Origin: an uncultured cyanobacterium
GTDB lineage: Bacteria > Cyanobacteriota > Cyanobacteriia > Cyanobacteriales > Microcystaceae
Assembly: GCA_963807635.1 (NCBI GenBank)
Contig: CAWEDJ010000039.1
Location: 1-64,000 of the forward strand
Length of the DNA stretch: 64,000 bases
Reading direction: 5' to 3'
The position numbers were made by a program, and so were the translations under genes. The notes beneath the pieces are model-generated. The model did not search any database. It had not been told where the DNA came from and worked only from the letters and a program-made list of their open reading frames with translations. Numbering within the stretch: the first letter of the stretch is position 1; every line of letters begins with the position of its first letter. Positions 51,249 to 59,438 of this stretch are shown piece after piece.

Positions 51249-51458
51249 TTAAGCAACCTCCACATATTCACAAAGAGAAACCGACTCAGGAATAGTCATC
51301 CCCTCTTCTTGCAATCCTTCTAAGTGAAATAGGATCGCTTCGGAAATTAACTCTTTTATCTCCTCCAACGATTCGCCAACCGCAACACATCCTGGCAAAT
51401 CAGGAACATAAGCCCCATAGCTGGTTTCACCTTTTTCAATCACGATCGCATAACGCAT
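51249..51458 (-). CDS. hicB: HicB-family antitoxin
   Basis: YAIVIEK...YGAYVPDLPGCVAVGES.EE...EAILFHLEGL. Confidence 0.9.
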   Translation of the reverse strand: MRYAIVIEKGETSYGAYVPDLPGCVAVGESLEEIKELISEAILFHLEGLQEEGMTIPESVSLCEYVEVA

Positions 51459-51460
51459 AA

Positions 51461-51664
51461 TTAAATTTCTCCTTGAATTTGAACTTGTTGCCAGATTCTT
51501 TTTAGTGTACCGATAGGAATATCAACACTTAATTTGCCTGATACTATCACCGTCCCTGATTTTAAAGAATGTTTATATTGACGATGACTGCCTCGCGTTC
51601 GAGCTAAGTACCAACCATCAGCTTCCAAAGTTTTGATAACCTCTTTTACTTTCGTTTTATTCAA
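51461..51664 (-). CDS. hicA: HicA-family toxin
   Basis: EVIKTLEADGWYLARTRGSHRQYKH...DIPIGTLKRI. Confidence 0.88.
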   Translation of the reverse strand: MNKTKVKEVIKTLEADGWYLARTRGSHRQYKHSLKSGTVIVSGKLSVDIPIGTLKRIWQQVQIQGEI

Positions 51665-51726
51665 TAATCCAGTTAATTAGTCAAGTTATCATGCAAATTT
51701 GAATATCGTCAATACCGAAGATTAAG

Positions 51727-51783
51727 TTAAGAAGAAATAACCTCCACTTCCGCTAAAGGCACATCCTCCTTAACAGCGATCGT
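51727..51783 (-). repeat. Proximal duplicated clpB 3' tail (TIAVKEDVPLAEVEVISS*)
   Basis: 57 bp, starts acgatcgc, 48/57 identical to clpB 52511-52567 by manual alignment, no gaps. Confidence 0.88.
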
Positions 51784-51815
51784 CTCTCAATTTTAAAAGC
51801 GATCACTGAAAAATA

Positions 51816-52145
51816 TCAAGCAATAATTAATATTGAATCAGAATTATTAGAAAAATCCTCAATTCGTTCTTTATATTTTGTGATTAATCGCAAGAGAATA
51901 TCACGATTACAATTCCCAATCCGAAGCCAGATTAATTTGGGTGGATGACCGTAAAGTAATGCCCGTTGATAAAAATCTGAATCTTTAGAAATCACAGTGA
52001 AATTATTATTTTTAGCATATTCCCAAATCCTTTCATTAGCAAATCCTTTCATCCCAATATCCCTGACGTGAAGACTATTAGGAAATTCATTGATCAGTAA
52101 ACGCGGCAATTTGGGGGATAAATTTTCATCAAACAGTAATTTCAT
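51816..52145 (-). CDS. DUF5615 PIN-like toxin
   Basis: MKLLFDENLSP...HVRD...IWEYAK...ISKDSDF...PPKLIWLRIGN. Confidence 0.9.
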   Translation of the reverse strand: MKLLFDENLSPKLPRLLINEFPNSLHVRDIGMKGFANERIWEYAKNNNFTVISKDSDFYQRALLYGHPPKLIWLRIGNCNRDILLRLITKYKERIEDFSNNSDSILIIA

Positions 52146-52365
52146 CGGGAATAATCATTAAATGGCGATCGCGGTCAGCAGCAAAAGCGAAACAGGCTTG
52201 TATATCTTCTAAAGTTAGATCGGGAAAATCGTCTAAAACGTCCTCAATGGTCATCCCTCCCCCCAAATAATCTAAAACATCATTAACGGTAATCCGAGTA
52301 TTAACAATACAGGGCTTTCCACTACAAATGGAAGGATTAATTGTAATTCGTTGACGATAATTCAT
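52129..52365 (-). CDS. DUF433 antitoxin
   Basis: RITINPSICSGKPCIVNTRITV.DVL..L..GMT.EDVL.DFPDLT.EDIQAC. Confidence 0.92.
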   Translation of the reverse strand: MNYRQRITINPSICSGKPCIVNTRITVNDVLDYLGGGMTIEDVLDDFPDLTLEDIQACFAFAADRDRHLMIIPDEITV

Positions 52366-52510
52366 CGTTTTTTCCTCAAGAAATTAACATAGGAAATTAA
52401 TTTTTGATCGCCCCTCAATTTAAAAAGCGATCACGTTTTTTTCTGCTTACCAAAAACTTATTTATAGGGATTTCGCCTCTTTTTAATTGTGAGTTACCAA
52501 TTTTGAGCTA

Positions 52511-55201
52511 TCAAGAAGATAAAACTTCCACTTCCACTAAAGGCACATCATCCTCAACCGCGATCGCGTCTTCTTGAACTTCCTCCTGCTTACCAAAAAC
52601 CAAATGATTATCAACACAATCAATTAGAATTCTGTCCCCTGCCATAAACGCATTTTCCAGGATCTTCGTGGCAATAGGATTTTCTAACTCCCGTTGAATC
52701 GCCCGCTTTAACGGTCTGGCTCCATAGACAGGATCGTAACCCGCACTGACAATATGATCCAATGCTGATGCGGATAAAGATAAGGTGATCTTCTGCTCAT
52801 CTAGAAGCTGTTCAATGCGTTTAATTTGTAAGACCACAATCCGACATAATTCATCCCGTTTTAAAGTATGGAAAATAATCAGATCATCAATACGATTTAG
52901 AAATTCAGGACGGAAATGTTTGCGGAGAGATTGCATCACTTGTTTCTGCATTTGATCATAATCCGAATCATCCCCTGCCATCCCTAAAATATGGTCACTG
53001 CCAATATTACTGGTCATCACAATAATCGTATTGCGAAAATCCACCACTCGACCTTGGGAATCCGTAATTCTGCCATCATCTAATACTTGCAAGAGAATAT
53101 TAAACACATCTAAATGGGCTTTTTCCACCTCATCCAATAGCACCACCGAATAGGGACGACGACGCACGGCTTCCGATAATTGCCCCCCTTCTTCATAGCC
53201 CACATAACCTGGAGGCGCACCAATCAGACGGGAAACCGCGTGTTTTTCCATATATTCGGACATATCAATCCGCACCATCGCCTCTTCACTGTCAAAGAGA
53301 AAAGATGCTAATGCTCTCGCTAATTCCGTTTTGCCTACGCCCGTTGGCCCCATGAACAGAAAAGAACCAATGGGACGATTGGGATCTTTCATGCCTGCTC
53401 TGGCGCGACGAATGGCGGCGGAAACGGCGATTACGGCTTCCTGTTGACCGATAACCCTTTGATGTAAATGACCTTCGAGTTGCAGAAGTTTTTGTCGTTC
53501 GGAGGCTAGGAGGCGATTAAGGGGAATACCTGTCCAACCTGCCACAATTTCCGCAATATCGGATTCAGTGACTTGTTCGCGTAAAAGGGTTTTTCCTTCT
53601 GCTTGAATTTCTAATAGCTTGGTTTCCTTTTCTTCAATCGCCGTTTGCAGGACTTCGAGCTTACCGTATTTCAGTTGAGCCGCTTTATTGAGATCATAAT
53701 CCCGCTCTGCTTTTTCCACTTGACGACGAATTTGTTCTTCTTCTTCTTTGAGAGTATTAATTTCCTCTAACATTTGTTTTTCCGAAAGCCATTGTCCCGA
53801 AAGTTCTTGTTGCTTGGTTTCTAATTCTTCAATTTCTGATTGAATTTTTTCGAGACGTTCCTTAGACGATTTATCCGTTCCTAAGCCTGAGCGTTTTTCT
53901 TCTCCTTCTAGGGATAATTTCTCCATTTGCAGTTGCATTAGTCGCCGATCAATATCTTCTAATTCAACGGGCTTGGAGGTAATTTCCATTTTTAAACGGG
54001 CCGCCGCTTCATCGACTAAATCGATCGCCTTATCGGGCAAAAAGCGATCGCTGATATAACGATGGGACAAAGTTGCCGCCGCGACTAACGCAGAATCGGT
54101 AATTTTTACGCCATGATGGACTTCGTAACGTTCCTTAAGTCCCCGTAAAATAGAGATAGCATCTTCTACACTGGGTTGTTTGACATAAACTTGCTGAAAA
54201 CGACGCTCTAGGGCAGGATCTTTCTCAATATTTTTACGATATTCATCTAAAGTGGTTGCACCGATACAACGCAATTCACCCCGTGCCAACATCGGTTTCA
54301 GCAAATTACCCGCATCCATCGAGCCTTCACGACCACCCGCCCCAACAACGGTATGGACTTCATCAATGAATAGAATAATCTGTCCATCGGAATTCGTGAC
54401 TTCCTTCATCACCGATCGCAGTCTTTCTTCAAATTCCCCCCGATATTTTGCCCCCGCAATCAAACTGCCCATATCGAGGGAAATTAACTGCCGATTTTTC
54501 AAGGATTCAGGCACATCCCCATTAATAATCCTTTGAGCCAATCCTTCCGCGATCGCCGTTTTACCGACTCCTGGTTCCCCAATCAAGACAGGATTATTTT
54601 TAGAACGACGAGACAACACCTGGATCACCCGCCGAATCTCTTCATCTCTGCCAATCACCGGATCTAATTTTCCCTGTCTCGCCTGTTCGGTCAGATCTCG
54701 CCCATATTTTTCCAACGCCTCATATTTTTCTTCCTGATTAGGTTCCGTGACTTTTTGACTACCCCGAATGGCTTTAATCGCCACTTCCAAATCCTGGGGA
54801 TCGAGATTAAAGGTGAGCAAAAGTTTACGTCCCACCCGCTCATCTTCGGCAAATCCGACCAATATATGTTCAACGGAAATGAATTTGTCATCCCAGCTTT
54901 CCTTAGCCGCATCCGCGCGATCGAGCATCACATCCAAACTGCGACCCAAATAGAGTTGATCAATAAAACTCTGTTTCGCCTGACGATTAGTAAATGCCTC
55001 TAGTTGTTGCTGAAAACTGGTCACATCAATGGTTGCCTTCTGGAAAATCCGCAAAGCTAACCCCTTTTCCTGTTCGAGGAGAGCCAGGACAACGTGTTCT
55101 ACTTCTAGGGTTTGATTTTTGAAACGACGGGCGACTTCTTGGGATTTTACGATCGCGTCCCAGGCTTGTTCGGTAAATTTGCTTGGATCGGTGGGTTGCA
55201 T
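52511..55201 (-). CDS. clpB: ATP-dependent chaperone ClpB
   Basis: Two AAA+ modules ([16 protein letters not shown]), middle coiled-coil domain, [23 protein letters not shown]. Confidence 0.97.
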   Translation of the reverse strand: MQPTDPSKFTEQAWDAIVKSQEVARRFKNQTLEVEHVVLALLEQEKGLALRIFQKATIDVTSFQQQLEAFTNRQAKQSFIDQLYLGRSLDVMLDRADAAKESWDDKFISVEHILVGFAEDERVGRKLLLTFNLDPQDLEVAIKAIRGSQKVTEPNQEEKYEALEKYGRDLTEQARQGKLDPVIGRDEEIRRVIQVLSRRSKNNPVLIGEPGVGKTAIAEGLAQRIINGDVPESLKNRQLISLDMGSLIAGAKYRGEFEERLRSVMKEVTNSDGQIILFIDEVHTVVGAGGREGSMDAGNLLKPMLARGELRCIGATTLDEYRKNIEKDPALERRFQQVYVKQPSVEDAISILRGLKERYEVHHGVKITDSALVAAATLSHRYISDRFLPDKAIDLVDEAAARLKMEITSKPVELEDIDRRLMQLQMEKLSLEGEEKRSGLGTDKSSKERLEKIQSEIEELETKQQELSGQWLSEKQMLEEINTLKEEEEQIRRQVEKAERDYDLNKAAQLKYGKLEVLQTAIEEKETKLLEIQAEGKTLLREQVTESDIAEIVAGWTGIPLNRLLASERQKLLQLEGHLHQRVIGQQEAVIAVSAAIRRARAGMKDPNRPIGSFLFMGPTGVGKTELARALASFLFDSEEAMVRIDMSEYMEKHAVSRLIGAPPGYVGYEEGGQLSEAVRRRPYSVVLLDEVEKAHLDVFNILLQVLDDGRITDSQGRVVDFRNTIIVMTSNIGSDHILGMAGDDSDYDQMQKQVMQSLRKHFRPEFLNRIDDLIIFHTLKRDELCRIVVLQIKRIEQLLDEQKITLSLSASALDHIVSAGYDPVYGARPLKRAIQRELENPIATKILENAFMAGDRILIDCVDNHLVFGKQEEVQEDAIAVEDDVPLVEVEVLSS

Positions 55202-55384
55202 TGGGATTGGTCTAAGACTTAGGCGTTAGGTAATCTACTCCTAACATTGTAGAAGGGGTCGGAGTCATTTTTCTCGGATCGGGGATTCCTTAGCCGCTAT
55301 TAAAAAAAGTTTCATGGAGACTTGCTATCGTCCTTAAAAGACGCTACAATGTCCTTGTAGTTAACTAGGTTATATTCAAGGTCT

Positions 55385-56404
55385 ATGCTGAGTTATATTT
55401 TTTGGAATAATAAGGGTGGTACGGGTAAAACAAGTTTGGCATTTCAATCTATTTGTCGATATGCATATAAACACCCTGACAAACGAATACTTGCCATTGA
55501 TGTGTGTCCTCAAGCCAATCTATCAGAACTTTTTCTAGGTGGATTGACTGGCAATGGTAGTCGAAACTTATTGGAACGTCAGGGACATATTACTCGCTGT
55601 AGTATTGGCGGTTATTTTCAGTTACGTCTTCCGGCTCCATTTTCTGTGCCAACGTTTTCTGTACGAGATTTTTTTACAAAACCAGTCATTTACAATGCAA
55701 ATATTCCAAATAATATAGATTTGTTTGCTGGTGACCCTTTACTTGAGCTACAAGCCAATGCCATTAACACTTTGGCCAATACACAGATACCTGGTACTGA
55801 TACGTGGATTGAAATTATTGATTGGATTAATGATGCACTTGATCAAGTAAGAAATGAGTATGACACTGTTTTTATTGATGCAAATCCCAGTTTCTCTATT
55901 TACACACAGATTGCAATTTCGACAGCTGATCGTATTATACTTCCCGTAATGGCTGATGATTCTTCTCGAAGAGCTATTCAAAACGCGTTTTCATTAATAT
56001 ACGGGTTGAAGTTACCCTCAGACATATATTCAAAATATGCGTTTGCAACTAAGTTAAAGTCTGCTAATCGCTCACTTCCTCAAGCTCATATTGTTGTCAA
56101 AAATCGTATTACTCAATATATGGGCCCTGCCTCTGCGTACTCTGCCGTTTTACGTTCGATAGAACAAGACGTATCAGATTTAATTCATTCAAATCCAACT
56201 ATCTTTACCTTTAGTCAGATTAACAAAGGAGTCGTAGAAGTCCGAGATTTTCAAACTACTGGTGTTGTCGCATTTGCCAGAGGATGTCCTTTCTATAATC
56301 AGGTTAGTGGCAAATTAGATATTGGTGGTCATCGGGTTCAAGTTAAAGAAGAGTACCGAATAAATTGTATTAAATCTGTTGATAATCTCGTTGATAAACT
56401 ATAA
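55385..56404 (+). CDS. ParA/Soj family ATPase, orphan
   Basis: Deviant Walker A NNKGGTGKTS, IDVCPQANLS, FIDANPSFS; no parB adjacent; no HIP1 inside. Confidence 0.85.
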   Translation: MLSYIFWNNKGGTGKTSLAFQSICRYAYKHPDKRILAIDVCPQANLSELFLGGLTGNGSRNLLERQGHITRCSIGGYFQLRLPAPFSVPTFSVRDFFTKPVIYNANIPNNIDLFAGDPLLELQANAINTLANTQIPGTDTWIEIIDWINDALDQVRNEYDTVFIDANPSFSIYTQIAISTADRIILPVMADDSSRRAIQNAFSLIYGLKLPSDIYSKYAFATKLKSANRSLPQAHIVVKNRITQYMGPASAYSAVLRSIEQDVSDLIHSNPTIFTFSQINKGVVEVRDFQTTGVVAFARGCPFYNQVSGKLDIGGHRVQVKEEYRINCIKSVDNLVDKL

Positions 56405-56516
56405 ATTTTATAGCTGATTAGATCGCCTACTTTTAGGTCTGCTCACTTTCGGGTGCGTTAAGCATAATCACTTTGGAATAGGTGATCGCGTTGCAAGAGT
56501 TGATCTTTTGACGAGC

Positions 56517-56551
56517 GCGATCGCCTTTATATTGGGATAAAGTGCGATCAC
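56517..56551 (+). repeat. Paired-HIP1 direct repeat (left copy)
   Basis: gcgatcgc-ctttatattgggataaagt-gcgatcac; related copy at 57703-57737. Confidence 0.75.
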
Positions 56552-56604
56552 TTTCAGTCATCATGTAAAATAATTACATAACAATCATCTATAAAAAATA
56601 AACC

Positions 56605-56826
56605 ATGATTCAATCTGTTGAAGCAATTATTGATCCAGAAGGAAACGTACATTTGCTCGAATCGGTTAAACTTTCCACATCGAAAAAGGCGATCGTCACC
56701 ATTCTTGAAGACAATCCGATAATTTCTATCTCCGAAACAGCCCTATTAAGTGAAGCAAGTTTGGCAGAAGATTGGTTAAGACCTGAAGAGGATGAGGCAT
56801 GGTCGCACCTACAACTAGCTCAATAA
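56605..56826 (+). CDS. Putative antitoxin for the downstream MazF/PemK toxin
   Basis: Acidic 73 aa, ...ETALLSEASLAEDWLRPEEDEAWSHL; overlaps toxin gene. Confidence 0.75.
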   Translation: MIQSVEAIIDPEGNVHLLESVKLSTSKKAIVTILEDNPIISISETALLSEASLAEDWLRPEEDEAWSHLQLAQ

Positions 56827-57137
56827 TTTTAATACCCTTTCCTTTTTCTGACCTCTCACAATCTAAACTCCGTCCCGCCGTTGTGTTAGCTAATGCAGGA
56901 AAAGAAGACTGGATACTCTGTCAAATAACTAGCAAATCCTATGCCGATTTACAATCTATTAAACTAACCGATGATGATTTTGCTAATGGTTCTTTAAAAT
57001 TAGTTAGCTATGCTCGTCCAGGTAAATTATTTACAGCAAACAGTAGCCTAATCGTATCTAAAGTTGGTGAATTGAAACAAGAAAAATTGCTGGAAATTAT
57101 TAACACAGTGGTGAGCTTATTGAGAAGATGCTTATAA
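56799..57137 (+). CDS. MazF/PemK-family toxin
   Basis: LIPFPFSDLSQSKLRPAVVL...ILCQITS...SYARPGKLFTAN. Confidence 0.88.
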   Translation: MVAPTTSSIILIPFPFSDLSQSKLRPAVVLANAGKEDWILCQITSKSYADLQSIKLTDDDFANGSLKLVSYARPGKLFTANSSLIVSKVGELKQEKLLEIINTVVSLLRRCL

Positions 57138-57216
57138 AAAAACTCTTATCTCTAAGGCGATCGCGTTTTAGTCTTATTGTAAAATAGCAATATTAAAAGT
57201 ATTTTGTAAATCCATC

Positions 57217-57435
57217 ATGACAGAACTAATAGAACAAGCAATTTCAAAGCTCAAAACCCTGCCATCCGACCAACAAGAAGCGATCGCGTCCATCATTCTA
57301 GAAGAAATTGAAGAGGAAAAACGATGGGATCAATCCTTTGCTCGTTCACCTGATTTATTAGCCAAACTTGCCGCAGAAGCCATGACTGAATACCGAGAAG
57401 GCAAAACTCAAGAACTCGATCCAGAAACCTTGTGA
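57217..57435 (+). CDS. Putative antitoxin
   Basis: MTELIEQAI..LK.LP.DQQEAIA.IILEEIEEEKRWD..FA.S..LL.KLA.EA; 4-nt overlap with toxin. Confidence 0.75.
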   Translation: MTELIEQAISKLKTLPSDQQEAIASIILEEIEEEKRWDQSFARSPDLLAKLAAEAMTEYREGKTQELDPETL

Positions 57436-57701
57436 AATCCCAAACAACTATTCAGTTTCGTAAACAATTTGCCGCTCTTCCTAAACAAACTCAAGAGCAA
57501 ACCCGCAAAGCATATCGGCAATTTAAAAATGCTCCCAATCATCCTAGTTTACGATTTAAAAAAGTCCATCCTCAATTACCTATTTATTCCGCTCGAATTA
57601 ACAAAGATTATCGAGTGGTTGGTCAATTAGAGAAAAATACTGTAATCTGGTTTTGGATTGGCTCCCATGCTGAATATGATTTACTCTTGAATCAGTTTTA
57701 A
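57432..57701 (+). CDS. RelE/ParE-like toxin
   Basis: FRKQFAALP...KAYRQF...PNHPSLRFKKV...YSARI..DYR...WFWIGSHAEYD. Confidence 0.8.
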   Translation: MKSQTTIQFRKQFAALPKQTQEQTRKAYRQFKNAPNHPSLRFKKVHPQLPIYSARINKDYRVVGQLEKNTVIWFWIGSHAEYDLLLNQF

Positions 57702-57702
57702 G

Positions 57703-57737
57703 GCGATCGCGTTTGTATTGCGTTAAAGTGCGATCGC
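57703..57737 (+). repeat. Paired-HIP1 direct repeat (right copy)
   Basis: gcgatcgc-gtttgtattgcgttaaagt-gcgatcgc; spacer 15/19 identical to the copy at 56517-56551. Confidence 0.75.
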
Positions 57738-57950
57738 CGATTTTATGAATCCAATTCACGACCCATCACAATGGCTTTAGATTGGAAGACTGGGAGTGAA
57801 AATGATAGGGGAGAAGTATAGAAGCGATCGCAATTTTTTCAATTCTTGGACAGATTTATTAAGAATCCCAGACGAAAAGTCAGTGAAATCCCCAAAAGCA
57901 AGTTACCCTATAGGGGAAATAATCTTGCCAACTAGCCAAATTAGGAATTT

Positions 57951-59378
57951 ATGACAAAACGAACTTTTGGTGTTATTGGGCTGGCCGTCATGGGAGAAAA
58001 CCTAGCCCTGAACGTGGAAAGTCGGGGATTTCCCATTGCGGTCTATAATCGCTCTCCTGACAAAACCGAAAAATTTATGGCGACCCGCGCCCAGGGCAAA
58101 GATGTTAAAGCGGCCTATAGCCTCGAAGAATTTGTCCAAGCTCTAGAGCGTCCCCGCAAAATTTTAGTCATGGTCAAAGCCGGCGCACCCGTTGATGCCG
58201 TTATTGAGCAACTAAAACCCCTCCTCGAAGAAGGAGACATGATTATTGATGGTGGCAACTCTCTCTATGAAGATACGGAACGTCGGACAAAATACCTCGA
58301 ACCCACTGGGCTAGGATTTGTCGGCATGGGAGTGAGCGGCGGAGAAGAGGGTGCGTTAAAAGGGCCTAGTTTGATGCCTGGAGGTACTAAAAGCGCATAT
58401 CACGAATTAGAACCCATTTTAGTTAAAATTGCGGCTCAAGTGGATGATGGCTCCTGTGTTACCTATGTGGGGCCAGGCGGTGCGGGTCATTACGTCAAAA
58501 TGGTTCATAACGGTATTGAATACGGCGATATGCAGTTAATTGCAGAAGCCTATGATGTCTTAAAAAATGGACTAGGACTCAGTAACGAAAAATTGCATTC
58601 TGTTTTTTCTGAGTGGAATAAAACCGATGAGTTAAATTCCTTTTTGATTGAAATTACGGCTGATATTTTTGGCTATATTGAACCGGAAACACAACAGCAT
58701 TTAATTGATCTGATCGTGGATTCTGCGGGGCAAAAAGGAACGGGACGCTGGACAATCATGAGTTCCCTGGAGTTAGGAGTTCCCATTCCCACCATGTATG
58801 CGGCGGTCAATGCCAGGGTGATGTCTTCCTATAAAGAGGAACGGGTTGCGGCTTCTACCCAATTACCTGGCCCTTCTACTACCTTTGAGGGAGATGTGGA
58901 TGCTTTCGTGGATAAAGTACGAGATGCTCTCTATTGCTCTAAAATGTGTTCCTATGCTCAAGGAATGGCATTAATCGCTAAGGCATCGGCAGAATATTAC
59001 AATGGCGAAGTGAGTTTGCCTGAGTCGGCTCGGATCTGGAAAGGCGGCTGTATTATTCGCGCGGGTTTTCTCGATAAAATCAAAAAAGCCTTTAATGATA
59101 ATCCTGCTTTACCGAACTTGCTCCTTGCTCCTGAATTTAAACAGAGTATTCTCGACCGTCAAGCGGCTTGGCGAGAAGTTTTGATGTTGGCCAATGAGTT
59201 GGGGATTCCTGTCCCTGCGTTTAGTGCGTCTCTGGATTATTTTGATAGTTATCGTCGGGAAAGTCTTCCCCAGAATTTAACCCAAGCTCAACGGGATTAT
59301 TTCGGGGCGCACACCTACGAACGGACGGATAAACCCAGGGGTGAATTTTTCCACACGGAATGGATGGCTAAGGACTAG
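57951..59378 (+). CDS. gnd: 6-phosphogluconate dehydrogenase (NADP, decarboxylating)
   Basis: GVIGLAVMGENL, GVSGGEEGA, VKMVHNGIEYGDMQ, QKGTGRW, QAQRDYFGAHTY. Confidence 0.97.
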   Translation: MTKRTFGVIGLAVMGENLALNVESRGFPIAVYNRSPDKTEKFMATRAQGKDVKAAYSLEEFVQALERPRKILVMVKAGAPVDAVIEQLKPLLEEGDMIIDGGNSLYEDTERRTKYLEPTGLGFVGMGVSGGEEGALKGPSLMPGGTKSAYHELEPILVKIAAQVDDGSCVTYVGPGGAGHYVKMVHNGIEYGDMQLIAEAYDVLKNGLGLSNEKLHSVFSEWNKTDELNSFLIEITADIFGYIEPETQQHLIDLIVDSAGQKGTGRWTIMSSLELGVPIPTMYAAVNARVMSSYKEERVAASTQLPGPSTTFEGDVDAFVDKVRDALYCSKMCSYAQGMALIAKASAEYYNGEVSLPESARIWKGGCIIRAGFLDKIKKAFNDNPALPNLLLAPEFKQSILDRQAAWREVLMLANELGIPVPAFSASLDYFDSYRRESLPQNLTQAQRDYFGAHTYERTDKPRGEFFHTEWMAKD

Positions 59379-59407
59379 AATTTAAAAAACTAGACATAAA
59401 ATAGAAC

Positions 59408-59436
59408 AGGGTTGGGTTTTACTCACCCTTTTTTTT
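59408..59436 (+). terminator. Intrinsic terminator after gnd
   Basis: agggttgggt-ttt-actcaccct hairpin followed by T-run. Confidence 0.6.
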
Positions 59437-59438
59437 GC

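Noticed and set aside
47400..57740. CRISPR array or classical integron attC array
   Set aside because: Repeats are not regularly spaced with short spacers; no cas or intI gene and no convincing attC core/inverse-core hairpins
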